Shown: positions 14,170 through 26,589 of the stretch, one piece after another
Position numbering within the stretch: position 1 is the stretch's first letter
Layout: each line of letters begins with the position of its first letter
From: Octopus bimaculoides
Taxonomy: Eukaryota
Assembly (NCBI RefSeq): GCF_001194135.2
Contig: NC_068981.1
Span: 86,660,389 to 86,724,388 of the forward strand
Direction of reading: 5' to 3'
Length of the DNA stretch: 64,000 nucleotides
Position numbers and translations under genes: made by a program
The notes under the pieces: generated by a model
The model's database searches: none
Seen by the model: the letters and a program-made list of their open reading frames with translations, nothing else
What the model was told of the DNA's origin: nothing

Positions 14170-14800
14170 ATCTGGGTTTAATTGGTTTAAAGTGACGATA
14201 TCTCCTAAGAATCTTAGTTATAAAAGAGGAAAATTTTCTGATAGTTTGACTTCTGACTGTACAAACATTTAAGGGTTTCATGCCACAAGAAGATTTTGCT
14301 TTCTTCAGGAATTTAACTGAACTGGAATGGTAGTGAATTGGTTTTAATTTCTTAGATGTATGCAGCTTGTGACATTTAGTTATATTGAGACTTCTAAAAG
14401 TGTGTTTATGTAAATTGAATCTTATTTTAAATGGGGTTTATGAATTTATATCATTGCATGCTTCCATGGTAGTTTGTTTTCACATTACATTGGTAAATAA
14501 TGTCATTTGCTTGTTACTGCAAGAATTGAGTGCAGTGTTTAGTGTGGGAATTAAGGAGTTGGAAACACCATTTGCACTATTATCCATTCTCTGGTCAAGT
14601 GTTTCCTCCTACATTTGTTTACTTGCAATATCCCAACAAAACATTAATGGTAATAATCTCAGTTGTCTAGGAGAGCCTGTGAAGTTTTGGGAACTAGCCC
14701 TTCCCCCAGATTTAGCCACTCAAAAAAGGAAAATAGATGTGGTGTTTATGGTCTGCTTATAACATTAGGTATATTTTCCAAGTAATTTCTTTTCAAAGAT
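14170..14800 (-). mobile_element. Decayed Penelope-like GIY-YIG endonuclease region
   Basis: Minus frame IYQCNVKT...HF*KSQYN...AAYI*EIKTNSLPF aligns by eye with the PLE endonuclease pattern 'IYQ..V...Y.G...H...F....Y...LA.YIW.LK'. Many stops. Confidence 0.5.
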
Positions 14801-15229
14801 TAATAAAATGTACAAATATGAGATCTGTATATACTATAAGCACAGAAATTTGATGGAAAAAAGAACAGGGCAATGGATACAATGAAGATACTAATACTAA
14901 TAATTTTCAGTGAAGGAGAAGTAGTGAGAGTAATAGCCCTGATTGAGAGGAGGTGAGAAAAAGTAATAGCAATGAGTGAAAGGGGTGATAGATGAATAAA
15001 GAAGGAAGGAGTGAAAAAAAATCAGCATTTCAACTCTATGTGAGTATATGTATGTATGTGTGTGCACATACAAGGGAAGTATGTGAATGTTTGTATGCGT
15101 GAATATTATGTACCTTATTTATATATAAAATATTACAATTAGCTGTTATTATTGACAGCACGTGGTCAGCTAATACATTCATATTGAGTAATAAATGATA
15201 GAAGCAATTCTATGAGTTAAGGACTAGAG

Positions 15230-15488
15230 CAGTGGTTCCCATTTTTTCAGGCTGCCACCCCCTTGGAACTCAGGCTACATTTGTAGCGCATGCCCCCGCC
15301 CACCAACATAGACCACTTTCTGCAGCAATTTCAAAACAACTGCATTTCACAAATAAAACTTAATTAATCTGTTACTTAGGTTTTTTTTACATCCATTGCT
15401 CTCTTTTGGCCACCCCATTATTACTCAAGTTTTCTTCAGCGTTCCACCACCCCCAAGGGGGAAGTACTGCCCACTTTGGGAACCACTG
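15230..15488. mobile_element. hAT (Charlie-like) MITE, 259 bp
   Basis: 12-bp TIRs CAGTGGTTCCCA / TGGGAACCACTG. Flanking 8-mers GACTAGAG and GTCTAGAG match at 7/8 and fit the NTCTAGAN target of Charlie hATs. Confidence 0.85.
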
Positions 15489-15499
15489 GTCTAGAGTGA

Positions 15500-16780
15500 A
15501 AGGACACTAATAAGGCAGAAGCAAGTGGATGGCAAGGTAAGAGTGAATGGTGACTGTTAAAAGTTGAAAGGGATTGATAACAGATTTCAGAATGTTACAG
15601 GTCTTGATATAAGCTGGATATTTTTTTGGCAGGGGTGAATCTGGTCAGCAGCGTTGTTTATGGGGGAGAGAATAAAAAAAAGTGATGATAAAGAAGAAAG
15701 CTGAGAAAGATGGGAGGGAAAAGGAGGAGAGAATGAAATAAAGATAGAAAGGAAAATAAATTAAGTGGAATATGAAAGAAGAGTTAGGTTAAGAAAAAAC
15801 CAGTGATGATTACAAATGTAAGATAGAAATAGAAATACAAACAGAAATGGATGAAGATTGAAGTTATAGGTATTGTTCCTATGCTACTGATGACGTTTGA
15901 AAAAGCTGTTGAAAAACTATAAGGGTAATAAAAAAATGAATGATAAAAATGTCTGTACAATGTAGAAGTAGAAAGTGATAGGGAGGTGATAGCTGGTTAA
16001 AAGTAAATTTTAAAGGTTAAAAGGTGAATGAATTTAAAAGAATTTAAGAGGTAAAAGGTTAAGGGAAGTAGCAGGTATTGTAAGACAGAATAGAGAAGTT
16101 AAGTCATGTAAAGTGCTTATTATAACTAGGTGATATAACGAGTGGGGTGTGAACGGGCAGTAGTGTTGTTTATAGAAGAAGGAATGGAAAAAAAAAGCAA
16201 GATAACAAAGGGAAGGGGAGGAGGAGGAGGAGAAGAATAAAAAGATGCACAATAAGAAGAGAAGAAAAAGAAAGCATTAAGATAAAGAAAATAAGATAAG
16301 GAAAGTAAAATATGGGAAGACAGTTGGGTCAGAAATTGGTATGGAAAGCCGTTGAGGTAAGAAGATATATTAGGAAAAGTATGAAATATAAAGAAAGTAG
16401 GATAAGTTAGATTGGAAAAGTAAGGTTTAATTGACAGTGAAGCAATGCTCTGAGGAAATTATAAAAGTGGTGTGGTGGAAAGGAGACCAATAATAATGAA
16501 AACATGAAGAGGATCAATGATATTAGAGAGCATAGATGATGTTATAACAAAAATTGAACAAGTGAAAAAGAAAAGAAATCAGACAATAATCGTGTAAAAA
16601 ACATGATTGTGCAAAAAAAGGTTACAGTAAAAATAGTTGTAAGGAATAAGGATGAAAGTGGTACAATGTTGATAGGGGTCGGGTGTAGGAGATGTATAGT
16701 GAGCCTGTGAAGGGTGTGAAGAGAGTATATGGACTAATGCATAGAATAAGTGTTAGCGAGATGTATGTTATTAGGAGTAG
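15500..16780 (+). repeat. Purine-rich (A/G-biased) low-complexity tract
   Basis: More than 1 kb of strong A/G strand bias with almost no C and no clear unit repeat. Confidence 0.5.
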
Positions 16781-17649
16781 TGAACTGAATAGAAGCTCTT
16801 ATATGTTTTAAATGTTTTGTCGTTGCAGGGAAACAAAACCTTGGATAGTGTATTTAGTAGAGGAACCTTTCCTTGAATGATTTCAAAAAGCTTCTGTGAG
16901 GCATAGCACTCATGTCTTCCTATTATAAGAGCAGAATATGGCTCTAGTGACTATCATCCTTTATATATATANNNNNNNNNNNNNNNNNNNNNNNNNNNNN
17001 NNNNNNNNNNNNNNNNNNNNNNNNNNNNNNNNNNNNNNNNNNNNNNNNNNNNNNNNNNNNNNNNNNNNNNNNNNNNNNNNNNNNNNNNNNNNNNNNNNNN
17101 NNNNNNNNNNNNNNNNNNNNNNNNNNNNNNNNNNNNNNNNNNNNNNNNNNNNNNNNNNNNNNNNNNNNNNNNNNNNNNNNNNNNNNNNNNNNNNNNNNNN
17201 NNNNNNNNNNNNNNNNNNNNNNNNNNNNNNNNNNNNNNNNNNNNNNNNNNNNNNNNNNNNNNNNNNNNNNNNNNNNNNNNNNNNNNNNNNNNNNNNNNNN
17301 NNNNNNNNNNNNNNNNNNNNNNNNNNNNNNNNNNNNNNNNNNNNNNNNNNNNNNNNNNNNNNNNNNNNNNNNNNNNNNNNNNNNNNNNNNNNNNNNNNNN
17401 NNNNNNNNNNNNNNNNNNNNNNNNNNNNNNNNNNNNNNNNNNNNNNNNNNNNNNNNNNNNNNNNNNNNNNNNNNNNNNNNNNNATATGTGTATGTGTGTG
17501 TGTGTGTGTGTGTGACAGGCTTCTTCCAGTTTCATTCTACCAAATCCATTCACAAGGCTTGGTAGTGGGACTGAACTCAGAACCATGTGGTTGGAAAGCA
17601 AGCTTCTTACCACATATATATGCATCTATTCTTCTCCATTTGTGTGGAT

Positions 17650-18101
17650 GACATCCTAATGCTCACTTTCTCTCATGAGGAGGGTGTCATTATACATGGG
17701 AAATACAATAACACTGATGACCATCTAAAATTCAAGATTGAACACACTGACAAATTTGAATTCCTGTCTTTGCTTGATTTCTAACTAAGGGTTACAAAGA
17801 AGGGCTTCATTTAAACCAACTTTTATAAGACAGTGGCCAAGAAGAACCTGTACACTATGAATTGGCCCTTCCCATCAGAGCCAATGTTACCTCTGGACAA
17901 AAAAAAAAAAAGGAATAAAATTTATGTATAGGCAGGCATGTCTGTGTGGTAAAAAAACTTGCTTCCCAATCATGATTTCATATTCAATCCCACTGCATGG
18001 CACCTTGGGTAAGTGTCTTCTACTCTAACCTCGGGCCAACAAAGCCTTGTGAGTGAATATTTGGTAGATGGAAACTGAAAGAAGCCCACTGAGTATATAT
18101 A

Positions 18102-18171
<70 letters not shown>

Positions 18172-18930
18172 TAAATATATGTATATGTATGTATATATAT
18201 ATCTATGTGTGTGTGTCTTTGACTGTGTTCATTGTCCACCACTGCTTGACAACTGGTGTTGGTGTATTTGTGTCTCTTTAACTTAGCAGTTCAGCAAGAG
18301 AGATCAATAGATCTCCACCATGGTGGCCACATTCTAATGAGTGAAACAAGTAAAAGTTAAAAGATAAAAGATAAAACAACTGGTGCAGTGAAGCAGCAAA
18401 CAATATCATCAATGCTAAACAGCTCCACAAAACCCAGCTAGACAATAATTAACCACTGTCTTTTGCAATAGTATATCAAATCAATAATGTTAATCTTCCC
18501 AAGGACAATATGCACTTCTTAAACCTATTGCTACAATCCATCAAGTGATTTGCAGGGAAGGGCGGAACGTAGAGATGGTGCACTCAAGTCCATCTTTGAG
18601 GAAGTTCTTGTCTAGGAATTGATCTGCTTAGCGTAATGAGAAGTGCACATTGTCCATTTTAAACATGTGCTTGAGGACCTACATTATATATGAAGTGGTC
18701 TGCAGTAAATGTAGTGCATCCTATATCAAGAGCACCATCAGAAAGCTGCACATCCATATCAAAGAACAAGTTCATACAAACTCTTGCAAACATCTGCTGA
18801 AATACCAGTCCCATGAAGCACAATATAAGTGGCAATCTTAGAAACAAGGAAGCTATCTTAATAAATTTAAACCATCATTAAATAACAGACAAGAACTACA
18901 TAAGGCAGACTAGTTATTATAACAACACTA
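17650..18930 (+). mobile_element. Penelope-like element (RT C-terminus + GIY-YIG), interrupted by SINE A
   Basis: NNTDDHLKFKIEHTDKFEFLSLLDF...FYKTVAKKNL (RT7/thumb) and IIYEVVCSKCSASYIKSTIRKLHIHIKE...EAILI.KFKPSLNNRQEL (GIY-YIG). Degenerate; may begin near 16830, before the gap. Confidence 0.75.
17931..18375 (+). mobile_element. SINE family A, near full length
   Basis: tRNA-like head (GGCATGTCTGTGTGGT...TTCAATCCCACTGCATGGCACCTTGGG), internal (TA)n(CA)n and an (AAAAGAT)n tail. Confidence 0.8.
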
Positions 18931-19202
18931 GTCTGCACATGTCCCATATATCTCTCATATATCTGAGGAAAGATGATAGCTCTATGTCATCTCCCGTTTC
19001 TTCACATATCCTGATGAAGAGATTTTAACCCCTAAATATTTCAAGGAATACAATAACTTTCATTCTGACTTTACTTCTGTACCATTTTGCATTGTGTTGG
19101 CCTCTTAATTTAGTTAAATATCCCAATGCTTCATCAAGACTACTCTATTCTAATATGCATATAAGATATATAAACATATAGATATGTACAGACATGTGTG
19201 TA

Positions 19203-19246
<44 letters not shown>

Positions 19247-20036
19247 TTTATAGTTGTGGAAAATATGCCCAAAGTAACACTGGAGGTTGGTGCAAACCTA
19301 CAGCTTGCAGGATCCTATTAAACCGTCCAGTCCATACCAGCATAAATAACAGATGTTAAATGATGATCACACATGCATGTATATATGCCCTATTATGGTC
19401 CCCAAAGATGCATCTTCTTAGTGATCTTCAAACCATTGGTCACTGATAATCTGGAGTTACCACCCTAGCCACGGCTGGTCGTTGCACAGATTTAGGGTGT
19501 ATAATTTTATTTTGTATTAAATGTATTATCACTGTGGTTTACTATTTCAAGGCTATATTTACACTACAAAGTCATGCTCGACACGTTAACTGATATGTAA
19601 CCTGACCTCACTAAACTGTTCATCTTGCCATATGGCAACTGTTGTCACTCTTATATGCATGTAATGTGTGTGTGTGTGTGTGTCCATTCGTGTGTGCGCG
19701 CGTGTGTGTGTGTGACTACATCGGTATGTTAGATATATATAAGGCCTTCATCTTTTCTTTCACTTGCTTCAGTCTTGGGACTGTGGCCATTCTGAGATGC
19801 TGCCTTCAAAGGTTCAGTGGAACAAATCAGCCCCAATACTTTTTTTTGTATGTTTGGTACTTAGTCTGTCATTCTCTTATGTTGAACCACTGTTACATGG
19901 ACACAAACAAATCAACACTGGCTGTCATGTATCAAAGTGGGAGACAGAAATACAAAGGTAAATACACACACATTTATATGATGATATAGACATCAATTAA
20001 ATAAAATTATGAATTAAATATATACATATCATATAT

Positions 20037-20150
20037 ATCATCATCATCATCATCATCATCGTTTAACGTCCGCTTTCCATGCTAGCATGGGTTGGACGAT
20101 TTGACTGAGGACTGGTGAAACCGGATGGCAACACCAGGCTCCAATCTATA
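20037..20150 (-). mobile_element. SINE family C 3' end
   Basis: (CAT)n then CGTTTAACGTCCGCTTTCCATGCTAGCATGGGTTGGACG. Related pieces lie at ~19280, 22640-22930, 28040, 36820-37010, 41340-41800 and 42520-42700. Confidence 0.7.
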
Positions 20151-20292
20151 TATTTATCGTAAATATGTATATATAATATATATTACAATGTGTGTGCATA
20201 TGCATAATATATACGTCAAATATATACATACATTTATATTCACTATAAATACTTATTTTAGTATAGATACATTATATATACAAATATATTAC

Positions 20293-20343
<51 letters not shown>

Positions 20344-21231
20344 AGTGAGTAAACATATGAAAGACAGGAACACTTAATACATTTGATTGGGGCCACGTGC
20401 ACTCAACAAACAGTTTGACTCAGCTACTCACTGCTTAAAATTTCATATGTGCCTGGTACACATCCATCTCATCAAATGTTCAAAAACAGAGACTTTGAAA
20501 GGAATTTAAAATGGCTTTTAGGGACTTAGGCCTCAATTGGTGAGTTGCAACCAGGTGGTTGTTATGCAACATCAGCTATTTTCGTTATTTTTGGTCCATG
20601 TTATGCTGAAAAGATATTGGCAGGATACGGGCACCATTTTTTATATCAGGCTGCGCAGTTTGGTATATTCAGTGACATTAATTTCTTTGACTGGGTATCA
20701 GGCATTTTTGGCCAAATTAACAGCAGCAGTCATTACATGGTAGCAACTGATGACAGTGACCAATATGAGTAGGCTGCAGTGATTGTATACTCTGCCTTTG
20801 TGTGCAGGTCAGCAAGGTGGTATATCAGGGATATTGGCAGCCAAAGGGTTGATGTTCATTAACAGAGCATACCTCTGGTAGTAACAATGACTGTTTATTT
20901 TTCCTGTTGATGGATGCTGTGGGCTAATGGAGAATGTGGAATTTCTCACAAAGGCAATGCTAGCGACTAATATCCAAGTGAGTACAAAGAGGCCATGTCA
21001 AGGACACTCTATTTGATGTTGTGTAAGTGAATCATTTTGATGGTTCTAGAATCTACAGATGAAGCAGGAAAGAGAGGTGATGTTTCCCCTATCCAAATAC
21101 CTAAAGGAGTGCATGTGTTATGTATATTTTATCTTAAGTTTACTTGTTGTTATACCAGTGTAGTGCCTTGCAATGCCATCAGATGGGGTATATACAAACA
21201 TATATATGCAAGTAAATGTGTGTACATATAT

Positions 21232-21352
21232 GTTGTAATAATGAAGTCAAACCAAAGAGTGATATTTTGAAACCATTTAATACATATACTTTTTGCTTAA
21301 TATATAATAGGAAATGCATCGATTATGTAAACCTTCCTCAGTTAAAGCTTTA
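21232..21352. mobile_element. Truncated copy of the TA-flanked MITE at 31746-31909
   Basis: GTTGTAATAATGAAGTCAAACCAAA...TATAATAGGAAATGCATC...ACCTTCCTCAGTTAAA matches the reverse complement of ~31790-31909. Confidence 0.7.
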
Positions 21353-22467
21353 CACACACACACATGCACATTATATATATATATATATATNNNNNNNNNN
21401 NNNNNNNNNNNNNNNNNNNNNNNNNNNNNNNNNNNNNNNNNNNNNNNNNNNNNNNNNNNNNNNNNNNNNNNNNNNNNNNNNNNNNNNNNNNNNNNNNNNN
21501 NNNNNNNNNNNNNNNNNNNNNNNNNNNNNNNNNNNNNNNNNNNNNNNNNNNNNNNNNNNNNNNNNNNNNNNNNNNNNNNNNNNNNNNNNNNNNNNNNNNN
21601 NNNNNNNNNNNNNNNNNNNNNNNNNNNNNNNNNNNNNNNNNNNNNNNNNNNNNNNNNNNNNNNNNNNNNNNNNNNNNNNNNNNNNNNNNNNNNNNNNNNN
21701 NNNNNNNNNNNNNNNNNNNNNNNNNNNNNNNNNNNNNNNNNNNNNNNNNNNNNNNNNNNNNNNNNNNNNNNNNNNNNNNNNNNNNNNNNNNNNNNNNNNN
21801 NNNNNNNNNNNNNNNNNNNNNNNNNNNNNNNNNNNNNNNNNNNNNNNNNNNNNNNNNNNNNNNNNNNNNNNNNNNNNNNNNNNNNNNNNNNNNNNNNNNN
21901 NNNNNNNNNNNNNCCCCCGACCTCTGTATTCCACCCACATGTAACAAGAAAACTTTTCACACACCCTACCCCAACAAACCAATCTACATTTCTACATCTC
22001 TTCTTTCCTTCACATTTCCTCCTTCATTCACTACGCTTAGCTCTCACTCCCCAATCCTGTCCTCATGGCCTTGTTCCTCTGTATCATTGCTATCCAGTAG
22101 CCCCTCCACACTCTATATATATCAAGGTTTTCGCCATTTGCTCACCTCCCCCCTCCACGCACTCTAATCACACTTCTTTTTCAATATCCTGCTACTTATA
22201 TTATGACGTTCAAACATCAAGGGTATGCCCTGGTACTTGCCACCATCTTATATCTCTCTCTTTTCCTTTACTCAACCATCCCATTTATATTCTGATCCCT
22301 CTCTCGTGTGAGTATGCCCGGCACTTTGCCACCATCTCTATCCTGCTGTCTCCCATTCTCTCTCTCCTTCTCCTGCACTTCCTTCAGGTTGGGTAGAATG
22401 AAAACAGAAGAAGGAGTGCTGCTGCAAAGGGTCTCCTTTGTGGCAGCACTCTTGTTTCTGTCTTCAT

Positions 22468-22500
<33 letters not shown>

Positions 22501-22930
22501 CTAGTCAGGTAACCTTATACCTCCTCTACAGCAAGACACCCATTTCTGTCTCACTATAACCTTTCATCATCTGACACAAGATTACCTCCTCCAATGCTCC
22601 CCCACCCAAAGATTTTTGTCTTGCAAGTTACTTGGTCACCCTGTTAGTGCAGGTGCCACTTAAAAAGCATCCAGTCCACACTATAAAGTGGTTGGCATTT
22701 AGAAGGGGATCCAACCATAGAAACCTTGCCAAAACTGACCTTGCCTGTGCTTGTACCATGTAAAAAACACTAAGTTCATTTTGCAGAGTGGTTGGTATTA
22801 ATCCAGCTCTAAAATTCCTGCCAAAACAGTCATATAAGTCTGGTGCAGGTTCTTGCCTGGCCGGCTCCTATCAAACCGTCCCACCCATGCCAGTATGGAA
22901 AGTGGACATTAAACAATGATGATGATGATG

Positions 22931-22999
<69 letters not shown>

Positions 23000-23029
23000 G
23001 AACAGGAAGAGTATAGGTCACTGATGATC

Positions 23030-23490
23030 TAAACCAATAAGTACACTGCGTAAGTGCTGTAATTGATAATTTATTAGGATCCAGGTTCACAACGGAGGCT
23101 GCAGCTAGGAATTTGTGGCAGGCTTCCGAGTCGGCAGGGATAAATTAAGGGAAAACAAAACCAAGGTTGGACAAGCTTATCAGACTAATTGGAATATTTT
23201 AATTAAAGTAAAAGTGAATGAAAGTAAAGAAAAGTAGAAGTAAATAATGTTTTGCAGCTGTTTCTGGAATATCCCAGGTATTGGATCAATATGTTTCAAT
23301 ATGTTGATCAACATCCCCATACAAGGGGTAGTCCATCATCAGAAACAAGGTGTGTGTGTAGGAAAGTTCTAGACAGAAAATTTAAAGTAGATAGAAGTAT
23401 AAAATTCATAGTTTGTCTTGTTCTGGAGGGTATGGGACTTTATCCATATTTCCATGAAGGTGTACTTCTTTATGTATAATCCCAGGTAAA
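23030..23490 (-). mobile_element. Penelope-like terminal repeat (pLTR) fragment
   Basis: Contains a hammerhead-like motif (23248-23347) of the kind found in PLE terminal repeats. Boundaries approximate. Confidence 0.45.
23248..23347 (-). ncRNA. Minimal type I hammerhead-ribozyme-like motif (probably inactivated)
   Basis: Minus strand: TGTTT-CTGATGA-TGGA...TCCA-GAAAC-AGCT-GCA-AAACA. Stem I is TGTTT/AAACA, stem II closes TGGA/TCCA and the stem III loop AGCT is palindromic. The cleavage triplet is GCA rather than GUA. Confidence 0.6.
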
Positions 23491-23521
23491 TCTAAGCAGT
23501 GGATTGTATATATATATATAA

Positions 23522-23561
<40 letters not shown>

Positions 23562-24257
23562 ATATTTATATATATGTGTGTGTGTGCATACATATGTATA
23601 TGTATATATGTGTGTGTGTGTATATATATGTATATATATATGTATATATAAAATTTAAATAATGATAACGGTGATAAATTGGATATTAATTTGATTAACA
23701 CCAATTTAAAACCAGTGGTCTAGCATAAAGAAAATTCTGAAAATTCAGAAAAATTATATAACATACAAGTGAGAAGGGATGACCACTAAATGGACATCCT
23801 TTATGCTAGAAATGGACCATCAACGGTCAAACCACAAAAGAAAAAAATTTAACGCACCAGAGCTGAGACTTTTGAAAATATCTCCAATGTAATCGGTAGA
23901 ACTGTACACATGTCTAATTTTATGTGGACAATCCGAGTATTGTTCTGAAAATTATACTGTATCGAACGGTCGTATTGATGAGCCTCGGGTGGGTTATGTA
24001 AGTAAAAATTACATTAATCCATTAATGCGCGAAACCTGGTCTACGATTAATTATATACACACACACACACATGTATGTATGTATGTATGTATGTATATGA
24101 TGGGTATCTTTCAGTTTCTCTCAACTAAATCCATTCACAAGGCTTTGGTCAGCCCAGTGCTGTAATGGAAGACATTTACCCAAATTGCTCAGAGTGCCAT
24201 AGAGCAGGACTGAACTCAATACCACATGGTTGGGAAGCAACCTTCTTAACCAACAGC

Positions 24258-24294
<37 letters not shown>

Positions 24295-25485
24295 NNNNNN
24301 NNNNNNNNNNNNNNNNNNNNNNNNNNNNNNNNNNNNNNNNNNNNNNNNNNNNNNNNNNNNNNNNNNNNNNNNNNNNNNNNNNNNNNNNNNNNNNNNNNNN
24401 NNNNNNNNNNNNNNNNNNNNNNNNNNNNNNNNNNNNNNNNNNNNNNNNNNNNNNNNNNNNNNNNNNNNNNNNNNNNNNNNNNNNNNNNNNNNNNNNNNNN
24501 NNNNNNNNNNNNNNNNNNNNNNNNNNNNNNNNNNNNNNNNNNNNNNNNNNNNNNNNNNNNNNNNNNNNNNNNNNNNNNNNNNNNNNNNNNNNNNNNNNNN
24601 NNNNNNNNNNNNNNNNNNNNNNNNNNNNNNNNNNNNNNNNNNNNNNNNNNNNNNNNNNNNNNNNNNNNNNNNNNNNNNNNNNNNNNNNNNNNNNNNNNNN
24701 NNNNNNNNNNNNNNNNNNNNNNNNNNNNNNNNNNNNNNNNNNNNNNNNNNNNNNNNNNNNNNNNNNNNNNNNNNNNNNNNNNNNNNNNNNNNNNNNNNNN
24801 NNNNNNNNNNNNNNNNNNNNNNNNNNNNNNNNNNNNNNNNNNNNNNNNNNNNNNNNNNNNNNNNNNNNNNNNNNNNNNNNNNNNNNNNNNNNNNNNNNNN
24901 NNNNNNNNNNNNNNNNNNNNNNNNNNNNNNNNNNNNNNNNNNNNNNNNNNNNNNNNNNNNNNNNNNNNNNNNNNNNNNNNNNNNNNNNNNNNNNNNNNNN
25001 NNNNNNNNNNNNNNNNNNNNNNNNNNNNNNNNNNNNNNNNNNNGTATATATATGTAAAAATATATGTAAATATATACATAGCTACATATGTATATAAATA
25101 TATGTAAACAGAAATCTAATTATAAGTATAGATGTAAATATATGAATATACATACATATATGCATACAATATATATATGTAAATATGAATATTCTTATAG
25201 ATATAAACTTCTATCTTTTATCTTATATTTGTTCAGTCTGTATCTATGGCCATGCTGGTGCACTGTCATTGGTATTGCTAAACTCTTACTAATCCTGCTT
25301 TTGATGCCAACTAATTTAACACTAGAAAGAAGATGAAAAGTGCACTATCGCCAGTTGAAGTTTCAATTATATTCTTTAATAAAAAATTTCAGTGTAATGG
25401 CCAGAACAATAGAACATCGTGTTCAATGGTTTTCTCATTTTGTTTTATCCTCTTTACATTTTGAGTACAAAACCTTACTGCTTAC

Positions 25486-25564
25486 GCCTTGTTAATTTTG
25501 CCTATTATCGATTCCAAGTTAGTACTTTCCACATACTGGAGTGAATTTAATAGACGCCACTCCT
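25486..25564 (-). CDS. Candidate internal coding exon (79 bp) of an unidentified gene
   Basis: Pyrimidine-rich ...CTTTCTTTATATATATAG acceptor and strong GTAAGC donor. Open frame EWRLLNSLQYVESTNLESIIGKINK; no repeat similarity recognised and no homologue recognised. Confidence 0.25.
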
Positions 25565-25613
25565 CTATATATATAAAGAAAGATAAAGTAAGGACGAAAG
25601 AAAGATACATACA

Positions 25614-25683
<70 letters not shown>

Positions 25684-26589
25684 GTGTGTGTGTTTGCATA
25701 TCTGTGTGTATGTGTGTAAAATATGTGTGTAAGTTGAAAAGTACTAACACTTGCGAAGTTGAATAGTCCTCAGTGAGAGAGGATTAAATGGACCTTACAA
25801 CTCAACAGATTCTTTGCTCATTTGACAATCACTTTATAGTACATACTGGGTGCATTTTCATGACACCAGCATTAGTGAGGTCGACTTGCTAACCATTCAT
25901 TTGTAGAGGGAATGTGGCTGTTTGTATTGTAGAACAAGTACGGGAGACAGAATACCTCGTACACAGTAAATGTAGTGAAAACTTATTAATCTAAAGCTGA
26001 GGAGGGGAATAGGATGGGAAGTAATGACAACAGAAATACTAGAAATGGGTTATTGAGATTGAGAGATAAGAGTATATGTGTAGGGTACTCAATAACCTAG
26101 GGTGAATACAAATACTTTTAAGGGGAGTAGGAGAGAGGGGAGAGAAAGAAGAGAGAAAGAGAAAAAGAGAGAAACAGTAAGTAAAGAAAGGGTTATGCAT
26201 ATACATGTAAGTGAACCAATGAAAGAATGTAACACTCAATTCATTTAGTTGGAGTTGTAAGCATTTTGTAATAGGTTGGCTCAGCTCCATATCACTTAGA
26301 GCTTTGTGGCACAAAATATGTTTACAACCTCAAGTGTATGTAGTCAGAGTAAAGAGAATTTAAAAGAAATTTTAAAATGGCTTCTTGGTGAGAATATCTG
26401 TGCATCCAATGGTTACTTCAAGTCATGTGAATATTTTTGCATAGCAGTGACAGCAATTCGTTCCTTATATGCTCCACGTGGTAGAGCAGACAGAATGTGA
26501 TATCATGTATATGAGATGCCATAACATTTGACATTTCAGCTATGGCAGTTACCACATGGTGAGAATAATTGGTATGGCATTGCTAGGCT

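Noticed and set aside
20105-20125. CTGAGGA-CTGGT-GAAAC in the SINE C tail, resembling a hammerhead core
   Set aside because: No stem II can form, and it lies on the antisense strand of the SINE.
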